NCBI GenBank assembly: GCA_037189525.1
Contig: JBBCJC010000003.1
Coordinates: 160,001-224,000, forward strand
Direction: 5' to 3'
DNA: 64,000 nt
From: Gemmatimonadales bacterium
GTDB taxonomy: Bacteria; Gemmatimonadota; Gemmatimonadetes; Gemmatimonadales; GWC2-71-9
In this document: positions 20,279 to 29,071 of the stretch, in pieces
How positions within the stretch are numbered: position 1 is the first letter of the stretch
Layout: the number at the start of each line of letters is the position of its first letter
Notes under the pieces: model-generated
What the model was told of the DNA's origin: nothing
The model's input: the letters and a program-made list of their open reading frames with translations, nothing else
Databases searched by the model: none
Position numbers and translations under genes: made by a program

Positions 20279-20884
20279 ATGCCCCACACATTGCCCCCGC
20301 TTCCTTATGCATACAACGCGCTGGAGCCGTACATCGACGAGCAGACGATGCGGATCCATCACGGGAAGCACCACGAAGCCTACGTCAACAACCTGAACGC
20401 GGCGCTCAAGGATTATCCCGATCTCGACAAGCTGCCGATCGATGCGCTGATTGGTGATCTGTCGCAGGTGCCGGAAGCGATTCGGACCGCGGTGCGCAAC
20501 AACGGCGGTGGGCACTACAATCACACGCTGTTCTGGGAGATCATGACGCCCGGCGGCGCCGGGGAGCCGGGTGGTGCGCTGGGCGGCGCGATCAATTCGG
20601 CCTTCGGCAGCTTCGCATCGTTCAAGGAGCAGTTCCAGAAGGCCGGCCTGGGGCGCTTCGGCAGCGGCTGGGCCTGGCTGGTGCAGTCCGGCTCCGGCGT
20701 CGCGATCGAGAGTTCGCCCAATCAGGATTGCCCCGTCATGGACGGGAAGAAGGTCCTGCTCGGCTGCGACGTGTGGGAGCACGCGTACTATCTCAAGTAT
20801 CAGAACCGCCGGGCCGACTATCTCGGCGCCTGGTGGAACACGGTCAACTGGACCATCGTCGGCAACCGGTTTGGAGCGGCCTGA
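20279..20884 (+). CDS. sodA: Superoxide dismutase, Mn/Fe family (Mn-type signature)
   Basis: [55 protein letters not shown]. Confidence 0.95.
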   Translation: MPHTLPPLPYAYNALEPYIDEQTMRIHHGKHHEAYVNNLNAALKDYPDLDKLPIDALIGDLSQVPEAIRTAVRNNGGGHYNHTLFWEIMTPGGAGEPGGALGGAINSAFGSFASFKEQFQKAGLGRFGSGWAWLVQSGSGVAIESSPNQDCPVMDGKKVLLGCDVWEHAYYLKYQNRRADYLGAWWNTVNWTIVGNRFGAA

Positions 20885-20887
20885 CCC

Positions 20888-21343
20888 ATGGGACTGCCCG
20901 CGGTGGGAGCACAGGCTCCCGACTTTACCCTGGCCTCGACCGGAGGCGACGTTACGCTCGCTGCGCATCGCGGCAAGCGCGTCCTGCTGGCCTTCTTTCC
21001 GCTCGCGTTCACCGGTGTCTGCACCGCCGAGATGTGTGCGTTCTCGGAAGATTTCGATCAATTCCGGGACGCCGATACGGTAGTGCTCCCGATCAGCGTC
21101 GATTCCGTCCCGACCTTGAAGGAGTTCAAAGCCAAGGAAGGGATCCAGGTCGACCTCCTGAGCGACTTCAAGCGCGAGGTCAGCCGGGCCTACGGCACTT
21201 TGCTGGAGGACAAGTTCTTCAGCAAGCGCGCCTATGTCCTGATCGACCGGGACGGGGTGGTTCGCTGGACCCATGAGGAGAAAGAGCTGGGCCACAAGCG
21301 CGATAACGCGGCCCTGCTCGAGCAGATCAAGGCGCTCAACTGA
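20888..21343 (+). CDS. Peroxiredoxin (AhpC/TSA family, AhpE/BCP-like)
   Basis: FFPLAFTGVCTAEMC active-site motif, ISVDS, LLSDF; starts 3 nt after sodA. Confidence 0.9.
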   Translation: MGLPAVGAQAPDFTLASTGGDVTLAAHRGKRVLLAFFPLAFTGVCTAEMCAFSEDFDQFRDADTVVLPISVDSVPTLKEFKAKEGIQVDLLSDFKREVSRAYGTLLEDKFFSKRAYVLIDRDGVVRWTHEEKELGHKRDNAALLEQIKALN

Positions 21344-21909
21344 GCGGAGCGTCCCGGCACTATCCGGGGATCGAGTCCCCCGAACTGGCCCTCGACCAGG
21401 CAACCGCCTGGGCGATTGCCCAGGTCGGGGGACACTTGCGTGTGGAAGCGCTGCCTCCCGATGACATCGAGTCCGGAGTCGATGGGCTGATCGACGATGT
21501 CCGGGCCTGGCACCGGGTCCGAAAGCCGGGCATGCTCGATCCCACGGCCCTGCTGGGTCGGGTGACGGGCCTGCTACTGGGCGCCGAGCAGGGCGGCGCC
21601 GGCGGGCGGCTGGAACTCTGTCCCGACCTTCCGGACGGGTGGAAGAGCCTCAAGGTCAAGCGGCTCCGGTCGCACCGGACCTTGCTGGATCTGGAGATCC
21701 GGCCCCGGGCGGAGTGGGTCACGGTGCGGATTGCGGTCCGGTTCGGGCCCGCCATTCCGGTCAGGGTCCGCCTGCCGGAGGCCTGCGGGGTGTCCCGGGT
21801 TACCGTCGACGATGTGCCCCTGGAGAGCCGGCAGGCCATCCTGACCGTCCAGGGAGAGCACGAGATCATGTTCTATCTCGGCGCGGCGGGCCGGGGGGAG
21901 GTCGGGTGA
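21340..21909 (+). CDS. Hypothetical protein resembling the C-terminal beta domain of six-hairpin glycosidases
   Basis: Frame is open from a CTG overlapping the Prx stop; GLLLG...LELCPDLPDGWKSLKVKRL motif; start uncertain. Confidence 0.55.
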   Translation: MSGASRHYPGIESPELALDQATAWAIAQVGGHLRVEALPPDDIESGVDGLIDDVRAWHRVRKPGMLDPTALLGRVTGLLLGAEQGGAGGRLELCPDLPDGWKSLKVKRLRSHRTLLDLEIRPRAEWVTVRIAVRFGPAIPVRVRLPEACGVSRVTVDDVPLESRQAILTVQGEHEIMFYLGAAGRGEVG

Positions 21910-21940
21910 CCCCGGTGCACTTACTTTTCGTGGCGAGACC

Positions 21941-23452
21941 ATGACGACGACCACGCTAGGCGGGACCGCCCTCGAGTTACTGGGGCGGGTAGCCCGCATT
22001 CTCAACAGCGGCCTGCCTCCCGACGATACGCTCGGTTCGGTGGCCGGGGCGGTGCAGCAGGGCCTCCGACTCGAGGCGGTCTGTATCTGGCGCCGGGATA
22101 CCGGGATGAGCCGTTGTACCGGGATTGCCAGCCCGCCGATGGCGCTTGCTGCGCCGACGCTGGAAGAGCTGCCGCCGGCAGGTCCGCACGCCGTCCGGGT
22201 TCCGCTGGTACATGCCGGTCTCCGGCTCGGTCTGCTCGAACTGACCCGGCATCCCGGCGGCCCCGACGTCATGCCGGCCGTAGTGGATGTGCTGCAGAAT
22301 CTCCTGGCGCCGTTTCTCGATGCCATGACGCTGGCCGAGGATCTGGCACTCGAGGTGGCGAGCCGGTCGCGCGAGATCTCGGAGCAGCGCCGGCTCACCG
22401 GCCTGGTGATCGATAGCCTTCCGGTCGGCCTCTACGTGATCGACCGCGCCTATCGGATTCAGTTCTGGAATCGGAAGCGGGAAACCGGCACTCAGGGCCT
22501 CAAACGTGACGACGTGGTGGGGCGGCCGGTCTTTCAGGTCCTGACCAGGCAGCCAGTCGACCTGCTCAAGGCCGAGTTCGACCGGGTCTTTGCGACGGGG
22601 GAGAGCATCCAGGCCGAAACCGTGGTCGAGCAGGGGGGCGAGCGGCGGGTCTACCTCCTCTCCCGGTTGCCGATGCGTCTCGAGGGCGATGCCATCACGC
22701 ACGTCATCACCATCGGGGAAGACGTCACCGATGCGCGCAACGGGCAGCAGCAGATCCTGCAGCACGAAAAGCTGGCGGCGGTTGGCCAGCTGGCGGCGGG
22801 GATCATGCATGAGATCAACAATCCGCTGGCCACGATCGCAGCCTGCGCAGCTGCCATCGAAGGGCGAATCGGCGCGATGGCCGAGGCGCCGGTCAAAGAG
22901 TATCTCGAGATCATCGACCAGGAAGTGCAGCGGTGCACCAAGATCGTCGATGGTCTGCTCGAGTTCAGTCGCCCGCATCACGCCGGAACGCCGAAGTGCC
23001 CGGTCAGCGCCAACGAGTTGATCGAGCGGACCCTGTTCCTGCTCAAGCACCATAAACGTTTCCGCCGGCTGGTGGTCGAGACCGACCTAGGCCCCGACGT
23101 GTCGGTGGTGGCCAACGACGAGCAGATCATCCAGGTCCTGATGGCGCTGATGCTGAACGCCGTCGATGCCATGGGCGACGGGGGCACCCTGACACTGCGC
23201 ACCAGGCGGGTTGCCGGAAAGACCGAAGCGGCGCTCGAGGTGCGCGACGACGGGGCGGGGATTCCGAGCCGCGAGCTGTCCAAGATCTTCGAGCCGTTCT
23301 ACACCACCAAGCCTCCGGGCCAGGGGACCGGGCTCGGTCTCTCGATTGCCTACGGGATCGTGCGTGAGCACGGCGGGCGGATCGATGTCGAAAGCGAACT
23401 GGGGCGCGGGAGCGCCTTTACCGTAGTGCTGCCGACGGTGATCGACCCATGA
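21941..23452 (+). CDS. Cytoplasmic sensor histidine kinase (GAF-like + PAS + HisKA + HATPase, NtrB-like)
   Basis: EKLAAVGQLAAGIMHEINNPL H-box, NAVDAM, DDGAGI, FEPFYTTK, GTGLGL. Confidence 0.93.
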   Translation: MTTTTLGGTALELLGRVARILNSGLPPDDTLGSVAGAVQQGLRLEAVCIWRRDTGMSRCTGIASPPMALAAPTLEELPPAGPHAVRVPLVHAGLRLGLLELTRHPGGPDVMPAVVDVLQNLLAPFLDAMTLAEDLALEVASRSREISEQRRLTGLVIDSLPVGLYVIDRAYRIQFWNRKRETGTQGLKRDDVVGRPVFQVLTRQPVDLLKAEFDRVFATGESIQAETVVEQGGERRVYLLSRLPMRLEGDAITHVITIGEDVTDARNGQQQILQHEKLAAVGQLAAGIMHEINNPLATIAACAAAIEGRIGAMAEAPVKEYLEIIDQEVQRCTKIVDGLLEFSRPHHAGTPKCPVSANELIERTLFLLKHHKRFRRLVVETDLGPDVSVVANDEQIIQVLMALMLNAVDAMGDGGTLTLRTRRVAGKTEAALEVRDDGAGIPSRELSKIFEPFYTTKPPGQGTGLGLSIAYGIVREHGGRIDVESELGRGSAFTVVLPTVIDP

Positions 23453-24117
23453 AAATTCTCGTCGTCGAAGACGATCGGATCGTCGGCCAGTATGTCCGGC
23501 GTGGCCTCGAAGAGCAGGGGTACCATTCCGATCTGGTGGGTGACGGCCTCGAGGCGCTCCGGCTGATTGCGGGCGGGCACTACGATCTCGTCATTCTCGA
23601 TCTGCGGTTGCCGGGCATGACCGGGTACGAGGTGCTGCGCACCATTCGGGATCGGGGCCTGACGCTCCCGGTGCTGGTGCTCACGGCGCAGGACGCGGTC
23701 GACAACAAAGTTCAGGCGCTCCGCTCCGGGGCGGACGACTACGTCACCAAGCCGTTTGCGTTCGAGGAACTGCTGGCGCGGGTCGAGGCCATTGCGCGCC
23801 GACCGCAGCAGCTCCGGTCGACCAAGGTGGTGGTGGGTGATCTCGAGCTCGATACCGCGACGCGGGAGGTTCGTCGCGCGGGGAAACTGATCGATCTCAC
23901 GCCCAAAGAGTATACGGTGCTCGAATACCTGATGCGCCATCCCGGGCGCGTCATGTCCCGGACACTGATTACCGAGTACGCCTGGGACTATCACTTCGAT
24001 CCGGGCACCAACATCGTCGACGTCGTCATCAACCGGCTTCGTAAGAAGCTCGACGCCGGCCACGACAAGAAGATCCTCCACACGGTGCGTGGCGTGGGTT
24101 ACGTGATCAAGGTGTGA
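23449..24117 (+). CDS. OmpR/CusR-family response regulator
   Basis: ILVVEDD, LDLRLPG, GADDYVTKPF, winged-helix VDVVINRLRKK...TVRGVGY. Confidence 0.95.
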   Translation: MKILVVEDDRIVGQYVRRGLEEQGYHSDLVGDGLEALRLIAGGHYDLVILDLRLPGMTGYEVLRTIRDRGLTLPVLVLTAQDAVDNKVQALRSGADDYVTKPFAFEELLARVEAIARRPQQLRSTKVVVGDLELDTATREVRRAGKLIDLTPKEYTVLEYLMRHPGRVMSRTLITEYAWDYHFDPGTNIVDVVINRLRKKLDAGHDKKILHTVRGVGYVIKV

Positions 24118-25568
24118 TGATGCGGTCGATCCGACGGCGGCTCACCATCGGATATGTCGTCGCCCTCGGGTTGACGCTGACCCTGTTCGGGGTCGTGCTG
24201 TATGTCGACCGCCGGCAGGCGGACTTCCAGTCGCTCGACGACCGGCTGGAGGTGGAAGCGCAGCTGACGCTCCGCATGCTGCGCGACCTCTCCCGCTCGC
24301 TCGGCCGCCTGCCGCCCGTCGTCGAGAGCGTCCAGCAGTATTTCCAGGGCTTTGCCCACTATCTGGTGCTGGTCGGGAGCGACCAGAACATCATCCTGGT
24401 CATCGATCCCGTGGGCAGCCTCGGTAACGAGACCGTCGGGCGGCTCCGCGAACTGACCCACCTGATCAAAGACGCCACGCCGGCCTGGACCACCACGACG
24501 ATTACCCCGGGGCAGTCGCCGGTCCGGTTCTATGTGGCGCCCGTCATCGGCGCGGACCCGGCCATCCGCTACATGCTCGTGGGCGCGAGTCTCGACGAGG
24601 TCTCCTTCGGACCGGCGGCGTTGCTCCGCTCGATGCTGCTGGTGGCGCCGGTCGTCCTGCTGGTCTCGGTGGTGATCGGGTCGTGGCTGGCCGGCACCAG
24701 TCTCTATCCGCTCGAGTCGACCATCGACGAGCTGACGGCCATCACCGACGGCCGGAGCCTGCACCGTCGGCTCCCGGTCAACCCGAGCGGCACCGACGAG
24801 TTGACCCGGCTTTCCCAGGCCGTCAACGGGATGTTCGCGCGCCTGGAGCAGAGCTTTGCGGCGCAACAGCGGTTCGTCGCCGAGGCGAGCCACGAACTCA
24901 AGACCCCGCTGATGGTGCTGCGGGTCGGGGTGGAGCGCGCGCTGACCGATCCGACCACGCCGAACGAGAATCTGGAAGCGCTCGACCAGTCGCTCGAAGA
25001 GATCAATCGGATGTCGGAACTGGTGGACAGCCTGCTGACGTTGGCGCGCGCCGACGAGGGACGGGTGCCGCTCGCGGTCGAGAGGCGCGACCTGCGGGAC
25101 CTGGTCAACGAGGCGGCGGAGACCGCGCAGATCCTGGGCGAAGCCAAGAGCCTGACCATCCGCAGCCAGGTGCCGGACCAGCCGGTGTTCTATCCGATCG
25201 ACCGGACCCGGATGCGGCAGTTGCTGCTCAATCTCGTTACCAATGCGGTCAAGTACACGCCGGACGGGGGCGGGGTGACGGTGTCGCTGGCCGGGGGAGA
25301 TGAGGTGGTCCAGATCATCGTCGCCGACACCGGAATGGGCATTGCAGCCGGCGACCTGCCGCACATTTTCGATCGCTTCTGGCGGGCCGATCCCGCGCGC
25401 GCCCGCGACACCGGGGGCACCGGCGCCGGACTGGGACTGGCCATTACCAAGTGGATTGCCGAGGCGCATGGCGGATCGATCTCCGTCCAGAGCCGCCCTG
25501 GCAAAGGCGCGACATTTACCGTATCATTGCCGCACTCCGATCGCGGGACTGAAACCGCTGGCGAGTAA
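24114..25568 (+). CDS. Membrane sensor histidine kinase with HAMP domain (CusS/CzcS-like)
   Basis: Two TM segments, HAMP (DELTRLSQAVNGMF), ASHELKTPL, NAVKYT, GAGLGLAI. Confidence 0.93.
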   Translation: MMMRSIRRRLTIGYVVALGLTLTLFGVVLYVDRRQADFQSLDDRLEVEAQLTLRMLRDLSRSLGRLPPVVESVQQYFQGFAHYLVLVGSDQNIILVIDPVGSLGNETVGRLRELTHLIKDATPAWTTTTITPGQSPVRFYVAPVIGADPAIRYMLVGASLDEVSFGPAALLRSMLLVAPVVLLVSVVIGSWLAGTSLYPLESTIDELTAITDGRSLHRRLPVNPSGTDELTRLSQAVNGMFARLEQSFAAQQRFVAEASHELKTPLMVLRVGVERALTDPTTPNENLEALDQSLEEINRMSELVDSLLTLARADEGRVPLAVERRDLRDLVNEAAETAQILGEAKSLTIRSQVPDQPVFYPIDRTRMRQLLLNLVTNAVKYTPDGGGVTVSLAGGDEVVQIIVADTGMGIAAGDLPHIFDRFWRADPARARDTGGTGAGLGLAITKWIAEAHGGSISVQSRPGKGATFTVSLPHSDRGTETAGE

Positions 25569-25699
25569 TCGCACGACAAGCCGTTTTCGCTAATCGTTCT
25601 GTCATCCTTTTGTCATCTTGTGGTGAGCCGCGTGCAATCCGCGGCTGCTTGATTAAGCGTTGAGTACTGCTGGCCCCTTTTTGGGAGGCATCATTATCC

Positions 25700-26404
25700 A
25701 TGTTCGAAAACCTGATTGAGTCGAAGCCCAAGCGGCAGCGCACCATCGGTCAGACGATCGTCTCGCTCATCATGCATATCGTGTTGATCTATGCAGCGGT
25801 GACGGCGACGACCGGCGCGGCTGAAGCGCTCAAGGAAATCATTCAGGACACCACCATGGTGTTCCTGAAGCCGCCGGAACCGCCTCCGCCTCCGCCACCC
25901 ACCACGCCGCCGCCGGACGCGATCGTCACCGCGAATCCGCCGCCGATGGGCTTCCAGACCGTGATGCCCCCGACGGAGATTCCGAGGGACATTCCGCCGG
26001 TCAACCTCAACGAGCGGTTCGACGCCAAGGACTTCAGCGGTAAGGGCGTCGAGGGCGGTATCGCCGCGGGTATCGTGGGCGGAACCGGTCCGGTCTCCAC
26101 CGAAGAGACCTTCGTGGCCGACGAGGTCGACGATCCGGTCCAGCCGATCAACCAGTTGCGTCCTCGCTACCCCCCAGTGCTCCAGCAGGCGGGTATTGCC
26201 GGCAGCGTCGACGTCCAGTACGTGGTCGGTATCAACGGGAAGGCCGAGCCGGAGTCGTTCAAGGTCCTCCGCAGCACGAACAAGGCGTTCGAGGATCCGG
26301 CCCGCGACGCCATCCTGGGGTCGACGTACAAGCCGGCGCGCATTCGCGGACAGCCGGTGCGGCAGTTGGTGCAGCAGCGAGTGTCGTTCACCATCGGCGG
26401 GTAA
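25700..26404 (+). CDS. tonB: Energy transducer TonB
   Basis: N-terminal TM with SxxxH (SLIMH), Pro-rich linker, TonB_C domain (PRYP...YKPARIRGQPV); GGGAGG SD. Confidence 0.9.
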   Translation: MFENLIESKPKRQRTIGQTIVSLIMHIVLIYAAVTATTGAAEALKEIIQDTTMVFLKPPEPPPPPPPTTPPPDAIVTANPPPMGFQTVMPPTEIPRDIPPVNLNERFDAKDFSGKGVEGGIAAGIVGGTGPVSTEETFVADEVDDPVQPINQLRPRYPPVLQQAGIAGSVDVQYVVGINGKAEPESFKVLRSTNKAFEDPARDAILGSTYKPARIRGQPVRQLVQQRVSFTIGG

Positions 26405-26473
26405 ACCAAGCGAGTCAAACCAGGGGTGGGTTTCCGGCCCGCCCCGACATCGTCAACAGAGGGAGCTTTTCAA

Positions 26474-27220
26474 ATGGGTGTAGATATTCTCGCGCTGTAC
26501 GAGCATGCGAACACCTTCGCCCGCGCGATCGTGTGGATCATGATCTTCATGTCGTTCTTCTCGCTCACAGTCGCGATCGGCAAGCTGATCAAGATCTTCA
26601 AGGCGATGGCGGCGACGCGGAAGTTTGCTCCGCAGTTCTCGCGGGCCATTCAGGAAGAGCAACTCGACCAGGCCATCGCGCTGGCTGAGAAGAACCAGCA
26701 GAGCCATGTCGCTCGCGTGCTGGGCGGCGCCCTCACCGAGGTGAAGCCGTTGCTCCGCGACCGGGCCACCATCACCGCGGCCGACATCAACTCCGCCGAG
26801 CGCGCCGTCGAGCGGCAGATGCTGATCACCCTCGCCGACTTCAAGCGCGGCCTGGGCATCCTGGCCACGGTCGGTTCGACGGCTCCGTTCGTCGGTCTGC
26901 TGGGCACCACGATGGGTATCGTGACGGCTTTCAACGCCATGACCACGGGTGGCGCGTCGGGCGGTCTGGCCGGTATCGCCGGCGGTATCTCCGAGGCCCT
27001 CATCACGACGGCGCTCGGTCTGCTCGTCGCGATCCCGGCCGTCTGGTTCTACAACTACTTCACCACCAAGATCGAGAACCTCACGGTCGAGATGACCTAC
27101 AGCTCGAAGGAACTCATCGACTACCTCATCAAGAGCGTCGGGAGCGAGTTCGGCCGGTCGATCTTCACCAAGGAGTTCCAGGCCCAGAAGGCGGTGAGCG
27201 GCAGTGGCCACATCAGTTGA
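26474..27220 (+). CDS. exbB: MotA/TolQ/ExbB proton-channel protein
   Basis: LATVGSTAPFVGLLGT and GISEALITTALGLLVAIPA. Confidence 0.92.
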   Translation: MGVDILALYEHANTFARAIVWIMIFMSFFSLTVAIGKLIKIFKAMAATRKFAPQFSRAIQEEQLDQAIALAEKNQQSHVARVLGGALTEVKPLLRDRATITAADINSAERAVERQMLITLADFKRGLGILATVGSTAPFVGLLGTTMGIVTAFNAMTTGGASGGLAGIAGGISEALITTALGLLVAIPAVWFYNYFTTKIENLTVEMTYSSKELIDYLIKSVGSEFGRSIFTKEFQAQKAVSGSGHIS

Positions 27221-27656
27221 AACCGCAGGCCAAACCCAGGTATCGTCGGAGCCGAACGTCATTCCGATGATCGATATCATGCTGGTGCTCCTGATCATCT
27301 TCATGATCGTGACACCGCTGATCTCGAACGGATTCGTGGCGACGATGCCTCAGGGTGAGAACCTGGACAAGCGGCCGGAGGGCGAAGGTGAAGTCGTGCT
27401 GGGTATCGACCAGAACGGCTCCTACTTCCTCAACGGCATGGCGATCCCGCAGGACGTGCTGGGCGATCAGCTCAAAGCGATCTATGCGGCGCGCCCGGAA
27501 GACAAGATCCTCTACTTCCGCGCCCACAAGGATCTCAAGTTCGAAAAGATCGAGGAATCGGTCGAGATCGCTCGGCGCGCAGGGGTACGCGTGATGGCGG
27601 CCATTACCGAAGTCGAGCAGACCGGCGGTCTGTTCGGCCCGAAGAAGGGAGAATAA
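27204..27656 (+). CDS. exbD: ExbD/TolR protein (first copy)
   Basis: PNVIPMIDIMLVLLIIFMI TM helix with the essential Asp. Confidence 0.9.
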   Translation: MATSVETAGQTQVSSEPNVIPMIDIMLVLLIIFMIVTPLISNGFVATMPQGENLDKRPEGEGEVVLGIDQNGSYFLNGMAIPQDVLGDQLKAIYAARPEDKILYFRAHKDLKFEKIEESVEIARRAGVRVMAAITEVEQTGGLFGPKKGE

Positions 27657-27662
27657 TCCCTC

Positions 27663-28064
27663 ATGGGAATGTCCGTAGGTGGGCACGGTGGAGTGAGCGC
27701 CGAGCCGAACGTCATCCCGATGATCGACATCATGCTGGTGCTGCTGATCATCTTCATGATCTCGCAGCCGCTGGCCCGAATGGCGATCGACGTTCAGGTG
27801 CCGCCGCTCGAAACGGCTGCCAGTTCGGGGCCGTCGTCCCAGATCGTTCTCAATATTCTCGACGACGGGAATTATGAGATCAACGGGCAGCCGGTTCCGC
27901 CCGGCCAGCTCGATTCGCAGATCCATGCGATCTATGACAACCGGCCGGCCAAGCTGATCTTCATCAAGGCCGCGTCCAGTCGGACCTATCAGGACTGGAT
28001 CGACGCGTCCGACATCGTTCGCGGAGCCGGCGTCCAGGTCATCGGGTTTACGCCCAAGGCCTGA
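27663..28064 (+). CDS. exbD: ExbD/TolR protein (second copy)
   Basis: Same TM motif; GGGAG SD. Confidence 0.9.
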   Translation: MGMSVGGHGGVSAEPNVIPMIDIMLVLLIIFMISQPLARMAIDVQVPPLETAASSGPSSQIVLNILDDGNYEINGQPVPPGQLDSQIHAIYDNRPAKLIFIKAASSRTYQDWIDASDIVRGAGVQVIGFTPKA

Positions 28065-28088
28065 GCCAAAGGTTCGATGGAAGATCGG

Positions 28089-28123
28089 GAAACGGGAGCG
28101 GGCGTCATGCCTGCTCCCGTTTC
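28089..28123. terminator. Hairpin terminator after the Ton operon
   Basis: GAAACGGGAGCGGGC...GCCTGCTCCCGTTTC inverted repeat. Confidence 0.65.
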
Positions 28124-28205
28124 GCCGTTATGGCGGTCCGGCTGGCGATGGGGCCCTCGATCGACCAAGTTAAAACAATAGCCATTTCTGGGACGTACGA
28201 ACGGC

Positions 28206-29006
28206 ATGGCAACAACCAGACCCTCCGTGGTAGCCCGACCGATCGGGCTCGGGGTGCCGCGAACCCGGCGGTCACCGGCCGGGGGCGTGGTCGCCTTGCT
28301 GGTTCATGTCGTTCTGGCCCTCCTGGTCATCCGGGTCGCCCCCATCCAGCTGGCCGATTTTCGTGACGCCAGCGGCCTCGTGGACCGCGGCCAATCGGGC
28401 GGTGGGGGAGGCGGTGGTGGCCAGGTCAGGATCGTCGCCCTGCCGGCGTTCGAGGCGCCCCGAGCGGCCTCCGTGGCCGTTGCGACCCCGGTTCCGCCCC
28501 CCGTTGCGCCTGTCCCGCTCCCCACGCCGATCCAACCCGAAGTTCGCGAACCGGAGCCCACGGTCGTTGCCGCAATACCGGACACAGTGCCCAGCGCGCC
28601 GGCAACCGGTCAGCCCTCGGGTTCAGGCACCGGGTCTGGGACAGGGACTGGAACCGGTACCGGTTCGGGATCGGGGTCCGGCCGCGGGGACGGCGACGGG
28701 TCGGGGGTTGGATCGGGCAAGGGCCCCGGGATTGGCGGGACCGGGTCCGCCCGGCCTCCCGAGCCCCGGCAGCTGATCCTGCCGCCGGCCGATGTGCCCA
28801 AATCCCTGCGGGGGGTGACCCTGGCCGTCACCTTCCTGGTCGATCAACTGGGCGGGGTCGAGGAAGTGATCATTACCCCGCCGCCCTCGGATCGGGGGTT
28901 CGGTAAGAAGCTCGAGGACGTGATGAAGCACTATCGGTTCAGGCCGGCAAGGGCTCCGGACGGAGTCCCCGTGGCTGGCAGGTTAACCGTGGCGCTCACG
29001 TTCTGA
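28206..29006 (+). CDS. TonB-like protein with Pro-rich and Gly/Ser/Thr-repeat linker
   Basis: TM helix ALLVH, GSGTG repeats, C-terminal YRFRPARAPDGVPV TonB_C-like motif. Confidence 0.72.
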   Translation: MATTRPSVVARPIGLGVPRTRRSPAGGVVALLVHVVLALLVIRVAPIQLADFRDASGLVDRGQSGGGGGGGGQVRIVALPAFEAPRAASVAVATPVPPPVAPVPLPTPIQPEVREPEPTVVAAIPDTVPSAPATGQPSGSGTGSGTGTGTGTGSGSGSGRGDGDGSGVGSGKGPGIGGTGSARPPEPRQLILPPADVPKSLRGVTLAVTFLVDQLGGVEEVIITPPPSDRGFGKKLEDVMKHYRFRPARAPDGVPVAGRLTVALTF

Positions 29007-29071
29007 CGTTCCCTCCGGGTGGTCGAACGGGAGCGCTCGCCTAACGCTCACATCGTTCGAATGCCCACTTC

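Noticed and set aside
28615..28750. Repetitive GGNWCN DNA as a possible array
   Set aside because: It encodes the Gly/Ser/Thr linker of the TonB-like protein; no repeat-spacer structure.
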